From a virus, in IMG/VR virus record IMGVR_UViG_3300007643_000211, positions 3,099 to 67,098 of that record: a DNA stretch of 64,000 bases, one strand, 5' to 3'. Below, in pieces: positions 18,865-28,982 of the stretch. The notes under the pieces were generated by a model, which made no database searches, was not told the origin of the DNA, and saw nothing but the letters and a program-made list of their open reading frames with translations. The stretch's first letter is position 1; each line of letters begins with the position of its first letter. Made by a program: the position numbers and the translations under genes.

Positions 18865-21195
18865 TCAAATTCGCCAGGAGTTTCGACGTTTTAGGTCCGA
18901 AAGCTTGATCCGACTTCGCTGCTTGATGGGGCCATTCACCTGATACTCCGACAACCTGACTCCCACGATGGAAGCAGCGACGGCATTGCCGACGAGGCAG
19001 TCGAGCCAGTGGTTGTCGGGCTGGCTCGGTCGTTGTTTCCACTCGTCAACGGTTCGACCGCGACCTTCGGTGCGGACACGGTATTCGGAAACGAGATGTT
19101 CAGCGAAGAGGCGATGAGCTTCGGGTTTCTGGCCGAACAGGGAGAGCGATCCCTTATCCGCCATCGCGACGGCCAGACGAGCGAACGTGAACGACTTCCA
19201 AAAATTGGTATCGTAGGTCACGTGCCGCATCGCCCGTTTTCCTGTCATCGCCGGGATGCGCCAGTTGAGACCGACCCGATCGCCAGGTCGGCGTTTGTAA
19301 TCGGAGAACGGGAGACTCGACGCCCCCACAAACCGCCCGTGGCTCGGCAGCAGCAGTGCTGCGTGTGGTGACTGTCGGCAAAACTGATAGACGACGTCGG
19401 TGGATGTTCCCCAGTTGGCATCGATCAGGCAGCGTTCGATTCGCAGCGAGGCCCCATCCTCGCGCTGCCATTCGCGCGACAGCTGCCATTCGGTCAGCGC
19501 CTGCAGCCCAGCATAGATGGCTCCTTCAAGTCCAGTTCCTTCCGCGACCGTCGACAGCGTATTCGTCACATCGCGGAGCGAAAAGTACGCACGCTGGGGA
19601 TCAGGCCAGGCTCCATATTCCAGCACGGCTCCACTGAATTCCTCGCCCCAGGCGCAGACGACGTAAAACAGCAGCTTCTGCTGCACGTCGATGAACATCG
19701 TCAGGTGCTGGCATCCGAGTGGAACCCGTCCCTTCGCCAGTCCGTTTAACTTGGCGGCGATCTGATCGGCGTTTAGCTCGTTCTCATCCACCTCGACTTC
19801 CGGCAGCGGCTCGTTCTGGTATTCAGCCCAGAATGCCGCCTCATCCTGCAGTTTGAGGTTCATCGCATGTTGGATCGCGGAAAGCTCGTCGTGGTTGTAT
19901 CGCTCTGGCCAGGCGATTCTTACACCGGCGTCCATCTGTTCCTGATGCTGTGCGTAAAACTCCGTCGCCGCTGCGCCACCATCTTCATTTCGTAAACCTT
20001 CCGCACGTAGTTCGGCATACCGATCCCACAGCTTGGTCTCGCTGGGGAACGCATAAACCATTTTCGTGCGTTCTCCCTGCCATTGAGGATGGTGGTCTCG
20101 GTTCAGAATTCGGTCGGCCATGTCCCCAGGACGAATCACCGTGCAGGGCATGATGCCGGAGATCTTGTGTCCCGGACCAGCTAGGCCGAGAACGGCACCC
20201 GCCAGGATGCTCTCCCGCTGCTGGCATTGGGAGACCGATCGGGCGGACTCATCTGTTTGCGGGTCATCGAGCACGACAAGGCTCGGCCGGACGCTTTTGC
20301 CATCCGGTCGTTTGAACTTCATTCCCCGAATGCGCCCCGTAATGCCGGCGACTTTGATGACTGCTCCGCTCGCCAGGGATCGGCCATCTTCGCGAACCAA
20401 TGTTCCGAGCGACTCGTTGTTTGACCAGACATTGGGTTCGAGAGTTGGGAGAACAATGTATTTCGCTGTCCAACCAATGTGGGTCCGCTCACCATGATAC
20501 AGCTGGCCGTTACAGCGGTTGGCAATCCCATCGAGTGACTGGATCGGATGGCAGACTTCAGGATAGTCGACCAGCAACAGTTCATTCGCATCGAGTTCGG
20601 TCTTGATCGATTCGAGCATGTCCATCGCATGCCCTTCGTCGGAACCAATCAGACACACGAATTCGCGATGACCGTTGAGCACCGCCCAGATACAGGCGCA
20701 TTCACAGATTGTCGTTTTTCCTGATCCCCTGGGCATTGCCATCGCAAACAGGCCACCCTGCAGCACTGCCTGCTCAATCTTCCGCAGCACTTTCAAATGG
20801 TCATCGGACCATGCCAGGTGGAAAGACTGCGGAAAATATGACTCGCAGAAGAACTGGAAATCTGTCGCTGCCTTCAGTCGTCGCGCAGGATCGGCGATTT
20901 CTGGTAGGTCGCCAATGTCACGACCGGCGGCTGAAAGTTCAGCGCTGTGACGGGCAGTTCGGTCTTTGTGTTGATCATACGATTCGGCGGGCTGTGAGGG
21001 CTTGGGATGATGTCGTTCCCATGCCAGCCACGCTGCGTAGCGCACAAGGTCAACATGTTTACCATCGCCGACGCGAAAACCGGCTCGTTGGCGGTCGCGG
21101 TACAGCTGCCGTTCGCTCGTTACTTCGCCCATAGGCGTTGAGTTCAGCAGCCGAACCAGTTCGCTGGGGCGCAATCGTTGGGGGTTAATCGCCAC
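18865..21195 (-). CDS. Terminase large subunit (gpA-like) with N-terminal wHTH extension
   Basis: Walker A MPRGSGKT, VVLDDPQT Walker B, nuclease FIDVQ...IDANWG...DNHWLDCLV. Confidence 0.9.
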   Translation of the reverse strand: MAINPQRLRPSELVRLLNSTPMGEVTSERQLYRDRQRAGFRVGDGKHVDLVRYAAWLAWERHHPKPSQPAESYDQHKDRTARHSAELSAAGRDIGDLPEIADPARRLKAATDFQFFCESYFPQSFHLAWSDDHLKVLRKIEQAVLQGGLFAMAMPRGSGKTTICECACIWAVLNGHREFVCLIGSDEGHAMDMLESIKTELDANELLLVDYPEVCHPIQSLDGIANRCNGQLYHGERTHIGWTAKYIVLPTLEPNVWSNNESLGTLVREDGRSLASGAVIKVAGITGRIRGMKFKRPDGKSVRPSLVVLDDPQTDESARSVSQCQQRESILAGAVLGLAGPGHKISGIMPCTVIRPGDMADRILNRDHHPQWQGERTKMVYAFPSETKLWDRYAELRAEGLRNEDGGAAATEFYAQHQEQMDAGVRIAWPERYNHDELSAIQHAMNLKLQDEAAFWAEYQNEPLPEVEVDENELNADQIAAKLNGLAKGRVPLGCQHLTMFIDVQQKLLFYVVCAWGEEFSGAVLEYGAWPDPQRAYFSLRDVTNTLSTVAEGTGLEGAIYAGLQALTEWQLSREWQREDGASLRIERCLIDANWGTSTDVVYQFCRQSPHAALLLPSHGRFVGASSLPFSDYKRRPGDRVGLNWRIPAMTGKRAMRHVTYDTNFWKSFTFARLAVAMADKGSLSLFGQKPEAHRLFAEHLVSEYRVRTEGRGRTVDEWKQRPSQPDNHWLDCLVGNAVAASIVGVRLSEYQVNGPIKQRSRIKLSDLKRRNSWRI

Positions 21196-21388
21196 GTCCG
21201 CGCTCCTTTGATAGCCATGCGGTGTAAGACACCAGATTGAGCGTGCCGTCTCCGTTTAACGGCGCACCGGCGGCGACATCTGCATTGATCTGTTCCGGCG
21301 AAATCAGTCGCCCACCCGCCTTCGACAACAGCGTTGCCGCATCAGAAATCGCGAGCGCCAGTGGATTGATCGGGACATCTTGGGACAT
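21185..21388 (-). CDS. Small terminase-like wHTH protein (Nu1-position)
   Basis: Start ATG 21388 (MSQDVPINP); visibly similar to the N-terminal domain of the large terminase. Confidence 0.6.
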   Translation of the reverse strand: MSQDVPINPLALAISDAATLLSKAGGRLISPEQINADVAAGAPLNGDGTLNLVSYTAWLSKERGRGD

Positions 21389-21581
21389 ATCAAAAACCTG
21401 CTGAATTCCTGTGTTTTCTGCTGCGAACTGAGTGGATGACTCTTGGGAGTCGAGGTAACTCATGTCTCGTCGCAACAGCGATGCAACGCGATTGCCGAAA
21501 CGCCTACGGGTGTCGTCGCGAGGTGGTTCTCGCGGCCTGACGATGGCAGCCAACCATCAGCACTCAATTCGGAGAATGAAC

Positions 21582-22184
21582 ATGGCGACCAAGACCAAGT
21601 CCACGAAGATCACGAACGTCAAAAAAGGAGACATCTACGAAACCAAGTCCGGCCAACTGATCGAGGTGACCAACGGACGCCTCAAATCGGAAGGTGATCA
21701 AGGCTCTTCGTTTGAAGGCCGCACGATCGAGTTCAACCTGGAGACCGGGAACGCCAACCGTTCCAAGACGACCGATCGGTTCTATCTCGACGAACTCACA
21801 AGGAAGCTCACGAAGGCCGAGTTCAACGAATGGGTCGAGATCGGACGCCGCGAGGCCGAGGCGATGGCCGATGCCAAGAATCCGCCGACGGAATCCGAAT
21901 CCGGCAAGCCTGCCACAAAGAAACCCAAGAAGGCCGTGAAGAACAAGACCAACGGCAAACTCAGCCAACTCGATGCGGCGGTCAAGGTTCTCACCGAATC
22001 CGCAGAGCCGATGACCACGAAGGTGATGATCGAAACGATGGTTGCCAAGGGATACTGGACCAGCCCTGGCGGTAAGACGCCAGCGCAGACGTTGTATTCG
22101 GCACTGCTTCGAGAGATCCAGAACAAGGGGAAAGGCTCCCGGTTCACAAAGGTCGACCGAGGCCAGTTTGGACTCAAGAAGTAG
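21582..22184 (+). CDS. HARE-HTH (winged helix) DNA-binding protein
   Basis: LSQLDAAVKVL...PMTTKVMIETM..KGYW.SPGGKTPAQTLYSALLREI...RF.KVDRGQF; GGAG SD before ATG 21582. Confidence 0.75.
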   Translation: MATKTKSTKITNVKKGDIYETKSGQLIEVTNGRLKSEGDQGSSFEGRTIEFNLETGNANRSKTTDRFYLDELTRKLTKAEFNEWVEIGRREAEAMADAKNPPTESESGKPATKKPKKAVKNKTNGKLSQLDAAVKVLTESAEPMTTKVMIETMVAKGYWTSPGGKTPAQTLYSALLREIQNKGKGSRFTKVDRGQFGLKK

Positions 22185-22193
22185 GAGACCGAC

Positions 22194-22433
22194 ATGACCA
22201 GCTCTGAAAATAAAGTCGCAGACGCGATTCGCGATGTAACCGTCGCGATGCAGAAGGCCATCGCTGACCACCTCGACCCACCGGTTACGGAATCAGTCGC
22301 CGCCGAATTCGCTTGCCCTGATTGCGGAATGGCCGATGCCGACCGACTCGTTTCGATCGATGATGAATTCCCTGGTGCTGACCAGTTCGTACGCTGCGAC
22401 GCCTGCGGCACGATCTTTGATCCCAATGTATGA
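22194..22433 (+). CDS. Small zinc-ribbon protein
   Basis: CPDC...CDAC. Confidence 0.55.
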   Translation: MTSSENKVADAIRDVTVAMQKAIADHLDPPVTESVAAEFACPDCGMADADRLVSIDDEFPGADQFVRCDACGTIFDPNV

Positions 22434-22449
22434 AAACGCGACCATCGGT

Positions 22450-22484
22450 AACGCCCCACGCTCACCACGTAGGGGCGTTTTCTT
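22450..22484 (+). terminator. Rho-independent terminator
   Basis: AACGCCCC...GGGGCGTT stem followed by TTCTT after the plus-strand pair. Confidence 0.6.
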
Positions 22485-22591
22485 GCTGAAAAACGGAACG
22501 AGCCTATTGCAACCAAACATGAGGCTACGGTCTTTGCAAGAGAGACTGTCGTGTTCAGTCTTGAACACTCCCCTCCGACCGACGAACAAAA

Positions 22592-25500
22592 TCACCCCAA
22601 ACGTCGCACATCTTCAAACGCGTCATTTTGAACTGCCTCCATCCAACTGATGATCGCAGGATGTTGACTACGGATTTGTCTCAGTGACTGGACCAGATCT
22701 GTAGCGATTTTTCGTAGTTGAATTCGTCGATTGATCGACCATTCACTTCTGTTATCCGAGTAATCAGATTCTGGAAGAAGCTGGCTCAAAGCGTGCAGAA
22801 GGTCGGCCTGAAAATCGGTGTTAAGATTTTGTCCAAAGATGCCAACGAGATCGCGTGACGTATTTAGCAGCAAAGGTAGCATTCTGTGACGACGTTCCAG
22901 CACCAGTGTTCCAAGCATCTGAAGGCAGCCACTCGATAGTGGCACAGGCTGCTGATCGCGCTCCAACTCTGCCCAACGAACAATCGCACAGCAGGCATGC
23001 CACACATGATCATCATCCAGGCTGGATAAACCGAGTCTAATTTCGCGGTTTACGTCTTCGGCAGTCATCTCCTTCGCCTGAATCAGTGTGGGCCACGCCT
23101 TGAGCGTATGAAATCCATTTGTTCCTGCAATCTCGATTGCATCACAACTAGTCCGAAGCATCTTGTCATCTCGGTTGGGAGCTAGTAGCACGACTTCTTC
23201 AATTACCTGCAGCCATGCACGATAATGAATCTTAGTGACGTCTCGCGTTCCCGAAAAAAATGGAGCGAAGCCATCTTCTTCAACTTTTGAGTTTGGAGCA
23301 AATGTCTCTTCGATCCACTCAGTTGCACGATCAAGAATGTCTTTCAGATCGGATTTCGTCCATCTGACGCTTCGCTGCTTATTTTCGCGGGGTGGTCCAA
23401 AGCGACTGACAGAAAACGCGATTGTACGCCAAATGTTTTCGTCCTCCATGTCTACGATTTTTCTCCGAAACAGTTGGCATTCATTGATTCCTTTACTACG
23501 TGGAAGGCGTAGAACCGCATAAGTTGGAAGAATGTTGATATCGGATGGAATTCCGTTGTCATCAACCTGCTGATAAAGCACTTCGGTTAGACGCATTTGC
23601 TGATCGGCTGAGAGCAGGTTACGGCGTTGCAATGCAAAGAGGCGAGATATGAGATGGCTTCTTTCATCACCGATTACGCTACCGGCACGCTCAAGTAAAC
23701 CATCTGCTTTTTCTGAGACTTTCGTTCTCAAGTCTTTGTGTATGTTCGGCAATGTCCCCTTGACTGCAGTGACTGGATCAACCCAACCACCTACTCGCAC
23801 CGCTGATTTTGGCAACTTGTCTGACGCCAGCACCGGAGATTCCAGAAGCATCGGAAGTAGTTTGACTGAGGATTCACCGTTCAACAGTGTACAACATCGC
23901 CAAATCGCTCGATTTAGATCTTCGTATGCGTTTATTCGCCCCATCAGTCGTTGATCCCAGGAAAGGGGGAGAAGTTCATCTAATAATAGGCGAAGCGCTT
24001 CCTGCGTCAGCCTCGCACTGACACGATCGAGTACGATACATGCGATTTCCACCTGCCGCTCCCAGAATGTGTCGGTGTCTGTTCGCTTAGATGGCGGCGG
24101 CCCCATTTTAGCGAGGGCAGTTCTCAGCGATTTCAGTGCTGCAGAATGAAGGTAGGTGACCTGAGAGTCGGTCGCAACACTCATTCGCTTCCGGGATAGA
24201 TATTCCTTAACCAGTTTGGAATTACGTGAGCGGAGCACGAGTCCAAGTCCCTCTTGCGTTGAGACTTCCGCGACCATCATAGCGGCATCTGCGAATACGC
24301 TGCTGGCGACGTTGACAGATATTGTACGCGCTACAAACAGTGGAATGGCAGCATCTTCGAGAAATCGAATGGACTGATATGCCCTTTGCAGTGGTGGGTT
24401 TTCACCAGAAGTCGTTGTATGAGATACCCGTCCGATCTCATAGGTATCTACCTCATATCTGCCAAGCTGCTTCTGTGGTCGATACTCCAGGACATCCTGA
24501 AACCAATTGAGTGTTTCTCCTGGATCGCAGCCTCGCTCGCTCAGTGTCTGAAGTCGTTCTATGACTTCTCGGTCGTCTATATCCTTGAAGTGTCCCGATT
24601 CTCCTTCCGATTCAACTGATTCGATTTCCGCCTCAGTTGAACCAACAACTTGAATTGGATCTGGTACATGAACAGAATTGTCCTCATCATCGGCGACAGA
24701 GTATGAACTCGGCTTCTCAGTGTGAGTTCGCACGTTTGACTTATCCGACTGCCGAAGACAGCGTAACACAGTTAACAGTGATCCTTCGGTGGTCAGCGAT
24801 TCATAGTCCGTTGGTTCGATTGGAATGCTGCGAATTTGATGGAATGCCTCATCAAGCCTTTTCCGTCCTTGTTGGACTTCGCCACACTCCAAGAGTAAAG
24901 CCGCACGTCGCACTTTCCAGATTGGCGAAGCCTTCTGGGTTTTCCAAGACCTCAAGGCTGAACGGGCTGCGATGTGATCGAGTCGTCCCAACTCCCGCAA
25001 AACCACCTGTTGCTTGATGAAGTGGTGGGAATCGTCAACTTCATCAGGGTGGCTGAATTCCGATTCACATTTAGCACGAAGTTCGTCAAAACGTGAGTCG
25101 TTTCCAATTTCCCGGGCGTGCCTGAGCACCTGCAAACGAATGTAGCTGATCGCACTTTCGAAATCATCTTGAGTCATTTCCCATGACTTCAAGCCGCGTT
25201 GAATGTCTTGGTCATTGTCACTCGCTTGAATATTTTCGAGTAGCGGATCAACGACCTCGAAAACGAAATCATCGTAAAGTGGAGACGAAGCAGTTGCAGC
25301 ACGCCAAGACAATTCTTTAACGAGCATAAGTCGATCGATGATTGTCCAGTCCTTCACAAGCTTTGCGTTCGCCCAACTCATCCATGAAGACACATTTTCA
25401 GCGAGTCGCTCCAATGATCGTTGTGGGAGAACGACCCAACCTTGGTGTCGTTCACGGTGTGTACGCCAAATTCTGATCGCCTGTTTCCATTCATCCGAAT

Positions 25501-26506
25501 TATGCCCGTGGGGAAACAGCGGTTCCTTGGAAATAGAGGGATCAACTCGACTGTTTGCATATCGACGGGCTGAGTTCCAGGAAGGTACGGCAGGGCCAAG
25601 AGGTTCTCTCAGATCTTTAAGCAACTGTTCATGGGCGCCGGCAACGTCGCACCTTGGATATAGCTCACGTAGGTCGATTGGAACAATGCGTCGAGATTCT
25701 AACAACCGACGCTGGAATACCTGGAGACGGACGGAAGAATACGTAAAAAAATAGATGAACGGAGTCGATCCCCCCAATTCATCCCTAACCCAACCGGTCC
25801 AGTTCAAGAAGTTCGGGTCGTCCCCTGAGAAGCCAAACAGGCAGAAGCTGTTTTCCGCTAGGGACGTCTGTACAAGATTAACGAACGGAGCATGACAGCC
25901 AGGGTAGCTGCGAAAGTCATCTTCAGTGAGAACCAAATTCTCAAGCTCCGGCAGCGTACCGTGCAGTTTGACGATCCGAGGTCGCCTTGCGACAGGAATA
26001 TCCGCCATCCCTCGCACCACTTCATATCTCTGCCGCCATACTCTCCGACTTGCTTTCTCTAAAAGACAGTCATAGTTCGTCGTAAACACATCAGCCCAGG
26101 GGAGTTCAAGTAATCGGCGATGCAGGTTACCAGGAGCGAATGCATCATCTCCAATGATTTCTCTCACTAGTTCAATCAAGGCCGGTCGACCAAATGCTGT
26201 TTCGAATTCCTGGGCCAATCGGAGTGCACTGCTCGTTTCGGAGGCTTGGCCTATTATGGAACATCTTACATCTTCGGAGTAGAGGTGCTTGACCAGCTCC
26301 GCGACCAAGTCTCGCCACGTAGGCATTCGAATTCGGCTCGACTGAAGTGGTACTGCATTTCTGCTGAACCCGGCCCCAACCATCACAGCGGCTCGACTTC
26401 CACGAGGATCGTGCAGATTCCTCCGTATTTCATTGAGTATGTAGTCGTAGTCCGTGATTCGCGACATTTCCGTTTGGCCCAGATACGTGGCTGCTTCGAT
26501 GGGCAT
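22592..26506 (-). CDS. SIR2-domain anti-phage protein, DSR1-like (defence-associated sirtuin)
   Basis: AAVMVGAGFS, VFTTNYD, IVKLHG, GFSGDDPNFLNWTGWVRDELG; ~1000-aa helical C-terminus. Confidence 0.82.
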   Translation of the reverse strand: MPIEAATYLGQTEMSRITDYDYILNEIRRNLHDPRGSRAAVMVGAGFSRNAVPLQSSRIRMPTWRDLVAELVKHLYSEDVRCSIIGQASETSSALRLAQEFETAFGRPALIELVREIIGDDAFAPGNLHRRLLELPWADVFTTNYDCLLEKASRRVWRQRYEVVRGMADIPVARRPRIVKLHGTLPELENLVLTEDDFRSYPGCHAPFVNLVQTSLAENSFCLFGFSGDDPNFLNWTGWVRDELGGSTPFIYFFTYSSVRLQVFQRRLLESRRIVPIDLRELYPRCDVAGAHEQLLKDLREPLGPAVPSWNSARRYANSRVDPSISKEPLFPHGHNSDEWKQAIRIWRTHRERHQGWVVLPQRSLERLAENVSSWMSWANAKLVKDWTIIDRLMLVKELSWRAATASSPLYDDFVFEVVDPLLENIQASDNDQDIQRGLKSWEMTQDDFESAISYIRLQVLRHAREIGNDSRFDELRAKCESEFSHPDEVDDSHHFIKQQVVLRELGRLDHIAARSALRSWKTQKASPIWKVRRAALLLECGEVQQGRKRLDEAFHQIRSIPIEPTDYESLTTEGSLLTVLRCLRQSDKSNVRTHTEKPSSYSVADDEDNSVHVPDPIQVVGSTEAEIESVESEGESGHFKDIDDREVIERLQTLSERGCDPGETLNWFQDVLEYRPQKQLGRYEVDTYEIGRVSHTTTSGENPPLQRAYQSIRFLEDAAIPLFVARTISVNVASSVFADAAMMVAEVSTQEGLGLVLRSRNSKLVKEYLSRKRMSVATDSQVTYLHSAALKSLRTALAKMGPPPSKRTDTDTFWERQVEIACIVLDRVSARLTQEALRLLLDELLPLSWDQRLMGRINAYEDLNRAIWRCCTLLNGESSVKLLPMLLESPVLASDKLPKSAVRVGGWVDPVTAVKGTLPNIHKDLRTKVSEKADGLLERAGSVIGDERSHLISRLFALQRRNLLSADQQMRLTEVLYQQVDDNGIPSDINILPTYAVLRLPRSKGINECQLFRRKIVDMEDENIWRTIAFSVSRFGPPRENKQRSVRWTKSDLKDILDRATEWIEETFAPNSKVEEDGFAPFFSGTRDVTKIHYRAWLQVIEEVVLLAPNRDDKMLRTSCDAIEIAGTNGFHTLKAWPTLIQAKEMTAEDVNREIRLGLSSLDDDHVWHACCAIVRWAELERDQQPVPLSSGCLQMLGTLVLERRHRMLPLLLNTSRDLVGIFGQNLNTDFQADLLHALSQLLPESDYSDNRSEWSINRRIQLRKIATDLVQSLRQIRSQHPAIISWMEAVQNDAFEDVRRLG

Positions 26507-26937
26507 TCCAACTCGATTTTGAACAGGTTCCTTTGCCTTTAGAATTGTGCGAGCAGCAGACCAAAGTCAAGGTCGATCATCTTGAACTCCACAATGACAT
26601 ATACTTGCTGGGCGAATGTGACCAGAGCGTATCCCGAAAGCAAACGGAGTAATGACTCCACACTTCGCATGAGTTATGCGATCCCCGGCTCGCTCGGATC
26701 TTCTCCATTTTCTGCACTGTAAGGTTCTTCCTGCGCTGCAAGATTATTTCGCGGCAGAGAAGGTCCAGTTTCATCGGGATCTCGGTCGTCGAACCCAACG
26801 GCTCGTCCACAATGGCAGTCAGGATTCCACCCCAAGGTTGGTCAAGCGTATAGTTCACGTGCGAGTAAGCGACTGAGTGGGTGACCACAAACGGACTGTT
26901 AGACGGAAAATGAGTTTGTTTTGGTCAAAGAAAAAGT

Positions 26938-28872
26938 CTATCGCTGAGAAGTAGTTTGATCGAATACGTCTCGTGGATGTTCAATGTCAGGATATTTCTG
27001 GCCATTTACCGTGCAGTGCCAAATGGCTTCAAACACAGACTGTTCCAGGAATGGAAGCAAGGAATCAATCCGTTCATGGTCATCTGCAGCTCGATGGACT
27101 AGATCGCAGCGCAATCGATAAGCTTCCTCCGCCTTTCTTTGCCAATACTTTCTTCGGTCGCGGTCTCCGGACCCCATTAAACGTGCGACTCGTGAACTCA
27201 CTCCAGCTTCGATCACTTCTCGTCCTGCTTCTTCATCTGTCTTTATGAGAAGGAACTCGATGCTGATCCACAGACAAAGGAATCGCTCTGACAGAGTCAC
27301 TGAGTTTCGCGATCGACTAAACCAGGAAATCGCATGGTCGATATGAGCATACGACTTTGGTCGATCCACAAATGATTCATTCAGCAGGTCGGTCAGTATG
27401 TCAAAGCGATGTCGGATGACGTCAGCTTGGAAATCGGTGACCTGGAGCTCGTGACTGGATCGCTGACGGCCAGAGTAATACTGATGAGCCGTTCCCGACG
27501 GAATGTGTTGCACGTGAATCCAGCGACTTAGAGTCAAGGTTGCATCTTGCAGCCTCCCATCGACAGGTAAAAAAACCTGACCTCCTAAACCATCGGAGTG
27601 TTCAAACCATGAATCTGAAACTGCCAATTGAAGAAGATCGAACGCACGTTGAATCCTCTGCATACCTCGATTCTGGGTCTCAGAACTATTGTCCGCTGTG
27701 AAAAAAGTGATCAACAATGAATCCTCAGAGTCCCACGATCGACACAATGGCTCATTGCGTGGTCGATCCTTGAGCCAGATGTGCAATTCCGATGGCTCGC
27801 ATATTACCACGGCGTGCCCAATTCGAATGATTCCTTTCATTCGCAATCCATGAACGGCTCCAATGGCCATCCATAAACTCGCATTATTGTGAGCTAGAAT
27901 TGCAAGGTTTCGGAAAGAGAATGGCGCGGTGGAAAACATCGGGTGGTCAAGTGATACGACACGAAGAAACTCTTTGGCGACAGTTCCAACCGATCCACCA
28001 CGGCTCTCGCAACCCCGCAGCCACTCTCGAAACTCTTCACATCTAGAGGAAGGTAACTCTTCGTTCAGAAAGCTCTCCAGGTGCGGCAGGTTTGGCAAAT
28101 CTGGCTCGTGCCCCAGCAATTGTGTTGGCTCCGCGTAGATTGAGAAGAACAGCAAAGAAGTGTCAAAGTTCGCCAACCCATTGTAGAGACCGGAAACTAA
28201 GTTCCGAGTTCCTGTCAATGAGTCACCTCCCCGGATATCGACAAGTTTTTCTCCAGTCGATTCGATCTGGACTGGGATCATCTGATCAATGTATCCCCGA
28301 AAGAGAGTCAAACGTTTGTCGCCTACGCGGACAACGATTGACAGCTGCGGATCTGACGAGGCATAAAGAATGCCTCGTGCCACATCTGGTTTCATCGCAA
28401 TTGCGTAACCGCGTTTGCCTTGCGGCGTCGCGCTTTCGACACATGTTAACGCATGTAGATCAACTGACGATGCCCGCAACAACCTGCACTCAACGAAGAG
28501 TTCGATTGAACCCTCGACATTTGCCAACGTCTCCGACTCGTCCAACCCTTCCATCTCACACGCATGTCTGAACCCGTTCCCCATCGTCCAATAGTGCGAA
28601 AGCGACCAAAGTATGAATTCGCGTGTGCTGGACTTCAGTGAGTCTTGATCTGAGTCTCGAGTAAATCGGAGTTCCGTGCTCAATGTGTTGTCAACATAGG
28701 ACAATGTACGAACGGTCGGAACAAATCCAGCCTGTCGTAGTTCCACATAGCGGCAGAACTCTGGTGGCACCTCGCCATACGCAGACATCGCCGCTTCGAG
28801 CTGATGGGTTTTTGAATCTGGCATTCGGGGAACACGCGTTCGAGAAAATCGGGAATCGTGGCTCTGACACAC
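26938..28872 (-). CDS. HEPN-domain protein (ApeA-like C-terminal HEPN), putative defence RNase
   Basis: AISWFSRS...ERFLCLWISIEFLL...AYRLRCDLVH (Rx4H motif). Confidence 0.72.
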   Translation of the reverse strand: MCQSHDSRFSRTRVPRMPDSKTHQLEAAMSAYGEVPPEFCRYVELRQAGFVPTVRTLSYVDNTLSTELRFTRDSDQDSLKSSTREFILWSLSHYWTMGNGFRHACEMEGLDESETLANVEGSIELFVECRLLRASSVDLHALTCVESATPQGKRGYAIAMKPDVARGILYASSDPQLSIVVRVGDKRLTLFRGYIDQMIPVQIESTGEKLVDIRGGDSLTGTRNLVSGLYNGLANFDTSLLFFSIYAEPTQLLGHEPDLPNLPHLESFLNEELPSSRCEEFREWLRGCESRGGSVGTVAKEFLRVVSLDHPMFSTAPFSFRNLAILAHNNASLWMAIGAVHGLRMKGIIRIGHAVVICEPSELHIWLKDRPRNEPLCRSWDSEDSLLITFFTADNSSETQNRGMQRIQRAFDLLQLAVSDSWFEHSDGLGGQVFLPVDGRLQDATLTLSRWIHVQHIPSGTAHQYYSGRQRSSHELQVTDFQADVIRHRFDILTDLLNESFVDRPKSYAHIDHAISWFSRSRNSVTLSERFLCLWISIEFLLIKTDEEAGREVIEAGVSSRVARLMGSGDRDRRKYWQRKAEEAYRLRCDLVHRAADDHERIDSLLPFLEQSVFEAIWHCTVNGQKYPDIEHPRDVFDQTTSQR

Positions 28873-28982
28873 TGATTCAGTTTATGGTTCACAAGGTATT
28901 CAACAGAGCCTCAATCGGCGAGATTTTATTCGATAGTATGTCTGTTCAAGTTTGTTGGATACTGATGCACCACGATTTGTCC

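Noticed and set aside
22592-26506. Thoeris ThsA or SIR2-pAgo/HerA system
   Set aside because: No TIR, Argonaute or HerA partner nearby; length and the GDDPNF..W.GWVRD motif fit DSR1-like proteins
26577-26888. 103-aa ORF between HEPN and SIR2 genes as a third defence component
   Set aside because: No recognisable motif or clear SD; may be a remnant or spurious, so not annotated
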